DNA of 25,034 nucleotides from Octopus sinensis (taxonomy: Eukaryota). Shown here one piece after another: positions 22,494 to 25,034 of the stretch (within the stretch, counting starts at the first letter, position 1; each line of letters starts with the position of its first letter). Below the pieces are notes generated by a model. It saw only the letters and a program-made list of their open reading frames with translations, had not been told where the DNA came from and ran no database searches. The stretch covers positions 1 to 25,034 of the forward strand of contig NW_021836231.1 of assembly GCF_006345805.1 (NCBI RefSeq), in the 5' to 3' direction. The position numbers and the translations under genes are program-made.

Positions 22494-22650
22494 TAATAAG
22501 TTATTATTTTTACTGCTGTTGTTGTTGCTCTTCTTAATAACATCATCATCACCATCACCACTGTCATCGACATCATTATCAACATCATCACCACTACCAA
22601 CACCATCGTTATCATCATCATCCTCATCGTCATTATCATCATCGCCATTG
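22232..22650. repeat. Compound trinucleotide repeat: (CTT)n, (ATT)n, (AAT)n, (CAT)n
   Basis: Directly visible. Confidence 0.96.
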
Positions 22651-23102
22651 ACATTGACGTCGCTTTCTGTGGGCGAAATCGACGCTGTTTACATCTCGCG
22701 GTTCCGAGGCGATATTTTTATGAGATGAAATAGAATTTTTTTAAAAATTTCTTTTTTATTTTCGTTTTTTTTTTTTCAGCAAACTTTTCATATAGATATA
22801 ACTTTCTAAAGTTTGGCATGATTTACGATAGAAGAAATAATCTGTACGTAACTATACTTGGAGAAAGTTTATTTTTCTTCCTTCATGTCACAAATCAAAA
22901 AACAAAAAAATTATATCGAATATTTCTTGCCACGACCTCAAAAAGTTATAAATTCTTTTTTTCAGAAAAACAACATATTCAGATAAAACACCAGAAAAAA
23001 GAATAATATTCCAATTGCAATGCAAAATATTAATAATTCCTGCGAGTAAAAAGCAATCACTACTATTTTAGCAGGAAATATCGAACGCCAGTGCACAAAA
23101 AA

Positions 23103-23516
23103 AGGCATGGATGTGTGTTAAGGTGCTTGTTCCCCAACCAAGTTGTTCGGAGTTCTGTCCCACTGCCTGACAACTTGGGCCAGACTTTTGAAAACCTTCA
23201 CTATTATTGGCCTAACCAAAGCCTTTTGAGTGGATTTGGTAGAAAGAAAGGTAAAGAAGCTTTTCGTATGTTTTTGCGTGTGTGTGTGTGTGTATGTGTG
23301 TGTGTGCGTGGATGTTTATCTGCATCTCTCCCAGACCAAAGCTAGACAACTGCTTATGTTCCCGTAACTTAACGGTTGGGCAAAAGATACCGATTGAATA
23401 AGTAGCAGGCTGAAGAAAATAAGTACTGTGTCGATGTTTTGAGATCAAAACATTTTCAAGTAGGGGCCCCAAGATGGCCACCATCTGATGACTGAAACAC
23501 GTTAAGATAAAAGAGA
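23103..23516 (+). mobile_element. SINE family 1, old full-length copy
   Basis: ggcatggatgtgtgttaag..gttctgtcccactgc..accaaagccttttgagtggatttggtaga..gatggcc..atgactgaaac. Confidence 0.82.
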
Positions 23517-23820
23517 GATGAAGAAGGAAACGCTATTCTTCGCAAGCTTACCCTCAAACAAATAATTCGACGACGTGGAACTTTCCATTAAACGAATGAC
23601 TGGCAGCACTTTGTACACGACCTAGGCACCTTTCTAATATATTCCCTCACTGGGACATAGAAAGGGATCAGAGACAACCTGCCGTTTGGTAGAATAAGGA
23701 AAGTTACCTCTTTCGCGACTGGCAATATTTGGAAACAGTTGTGGTAAATACTATAAATGAAATGTCTTTCATTGGGATCACACAGCGATGAGCGCATAGC
23801 ATACAGAATATTAGTATATA

Positions 23821-24580
23821 TTGGGCTATCCCGTAAATGGGATTCATCTATTTTTCAAATTTAAGTTAAACAAAGTTGTTTTTTACTCTAAAATATACTT
23901 TCTTTCATTTTCTACAATGTTCTTCACTCTTACTGGTAGACTTTCAAGGCCCCTCTTCCAAAATTAATTTGCTCGTGACGAAAAGTACTCCTCCATTATT
24001 GTTCTGACCTCGGCTACAGAATTCATATTTTTTCCGTCCAAATAATGCTGAAGACTTCGGAATAGATGATAATTAGATGAGGCAATGTCCAGCGAATATC
24101 GTTTCCCATTCAACCTACTCCAGCCTTCGGAATATTATCCTCGCTGTATGCGACCGAGCATTAATCCTGATGATAAAACACCTTTCGTCTTGAAACCAAA
24201 GGTAGTCGTTTTTTTTTTTCTAGCGCTGACTTGAATTACTGGTTCAATGAACAAATCCAAGCTTCTCTGCTAGTTCCTCAACAATTACGATTGGATTTTG
24301 TTCCACCAGGCTTTGCATGAAGTTCTCGTGGAGCTCTACAGATCTTCCAGGATGAGCCTCGCCTTTTAGGCAGTAGTTTCCGACTCGGAAGTTTTGGAGC
24401 CACCGTTGACACTGGCTTATACTTATTGTTCGATCCCCATTAATCTTCCTCACACTGCATTAATATTCCCCACACATTCTGTTGTGTTGTTGCCTTTATT
24501 GAATTCGTAAAGTAAAATATGCCAAATATGCTCCTTTGTCACTTCCATTATAGCTTTGAAAAAATAACTGTTAAAAATCT
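23821..24580 (-). mobile_element. Internally deleted mariner (Tc1/mariner) transposon remnant
   Basis: Transposase remnant plus a TIR-like end ttgggctatcccgtaa next to TA at 23819-23820; opposite TIR not recognisable. Confidence 0.75.
23883..24548 (-). pseudogene. Mariner transposase pseudogene
   Basis: MEVTKEHIWHILLYEFNKGNN..; QCQRWLQNFRVGNYCLKGEAHPGRS..ELAEKLG (HTH); HQD(N)ARSHTAR; YSLDIASSNYHLFRSLQ (cf. YSPDLAPSDYHLF); WVPHEL and TGDEKW region absent; stops and frameshifts. Confidence 0.9.
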
Positions 24581-24854
24581 TGTGTTTCAATTTGATGAAA
24601 TAACGATTTTGCTCTGCACGTCACGTTTATTTCCTGCCCTATATTTTTCCTTTTAACACTTAGTCAGTTTGGGAAGACAGTGATTAATAAACCTTCATAG
24701 GGCCGTCAAGGACGATAGGAGATTGAATGTGGAAAGCATACTCAAAGCAGTGGCCTAACCCGAATGCTTGCAACATAGGAGTATCCGCTAGAGACACTCA
24801 ATATGCAAATGGTATGCACTTGTTTCATTATGTACATATCTAACATTGCATTTA

Positions 24855-24875
24855 TGTATATAAATATATATATAT

Positions 24876-24921
<46 letters not shown>

Positions 24922-25002
24922 ATATTATATATATATATACATATATATATGTATGTATATAAAATATAAATGTGTCAGTGTTGTGTTATATCTCTCTCTC
25001 TC

Positions 25003-25034
<32 letters not shown>
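24855..25034. repeat. (TA)n microsatellite running off the window end
   Basis: Directly visible. Confidence 0.95.

Noticed and set aside
389-22728. Many ORFs rich in YI, HT/CV, poly-I/N/Y/V/L or YLSI
   Set aside because: They are translations of (TA)n, (CA)n, (AAT)n, (GTA)n and (CTAT)n microsatellites, not genes.
22655-23090. Possible non-autonomous DNA transposon
   Set aside because: No terminal inverted repeats or TSD identified.
23485-23507. ctgatgactgaaacacgtt, hammerhead-like boxes
   Set aside because: No helix II; it is a mutated form of the family-1 SINE tail (caaatgactgaaacaagt).
1-25034. CRISPR array, prokaryotic operon or defence system
   Set aside because: No regularly spaced repeats with unique spacers and no gene-dense coding; the sequence is metazoan repeat-rich DNA.

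Overview
AT-rich, repeat-dominated eukaryotic non-coding DNA (intron or intergenic). I can support no intact protein-coding gene; nearly all ORF-track entries are translated microsatellites. The tRNA-derived SINE families resemble, from memory and without a database check, those of Octopus (a coleoid cephalopod). Contents: dense (TA)n, (GATA)n, (AAT)n and (GTA)n tracts; about 15 copies or fragments of three tRNA-derived SINE families, one intact with a 14-bp TSD; decayed mariner, Chapaev3-like and RTE-LINE coding remnants; a near-spacerless 572-bp palindrome; and one promoter-like unique island. The most notable unexplained signal is five type-I hammerhead-ribozyme-like motifs of the Penelope/retrozyme architecture. 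One has a compensatory G3-C8 swap of the catalytic core pair and one has an A6U core. Structures were folded by eye and none is shown to be active.
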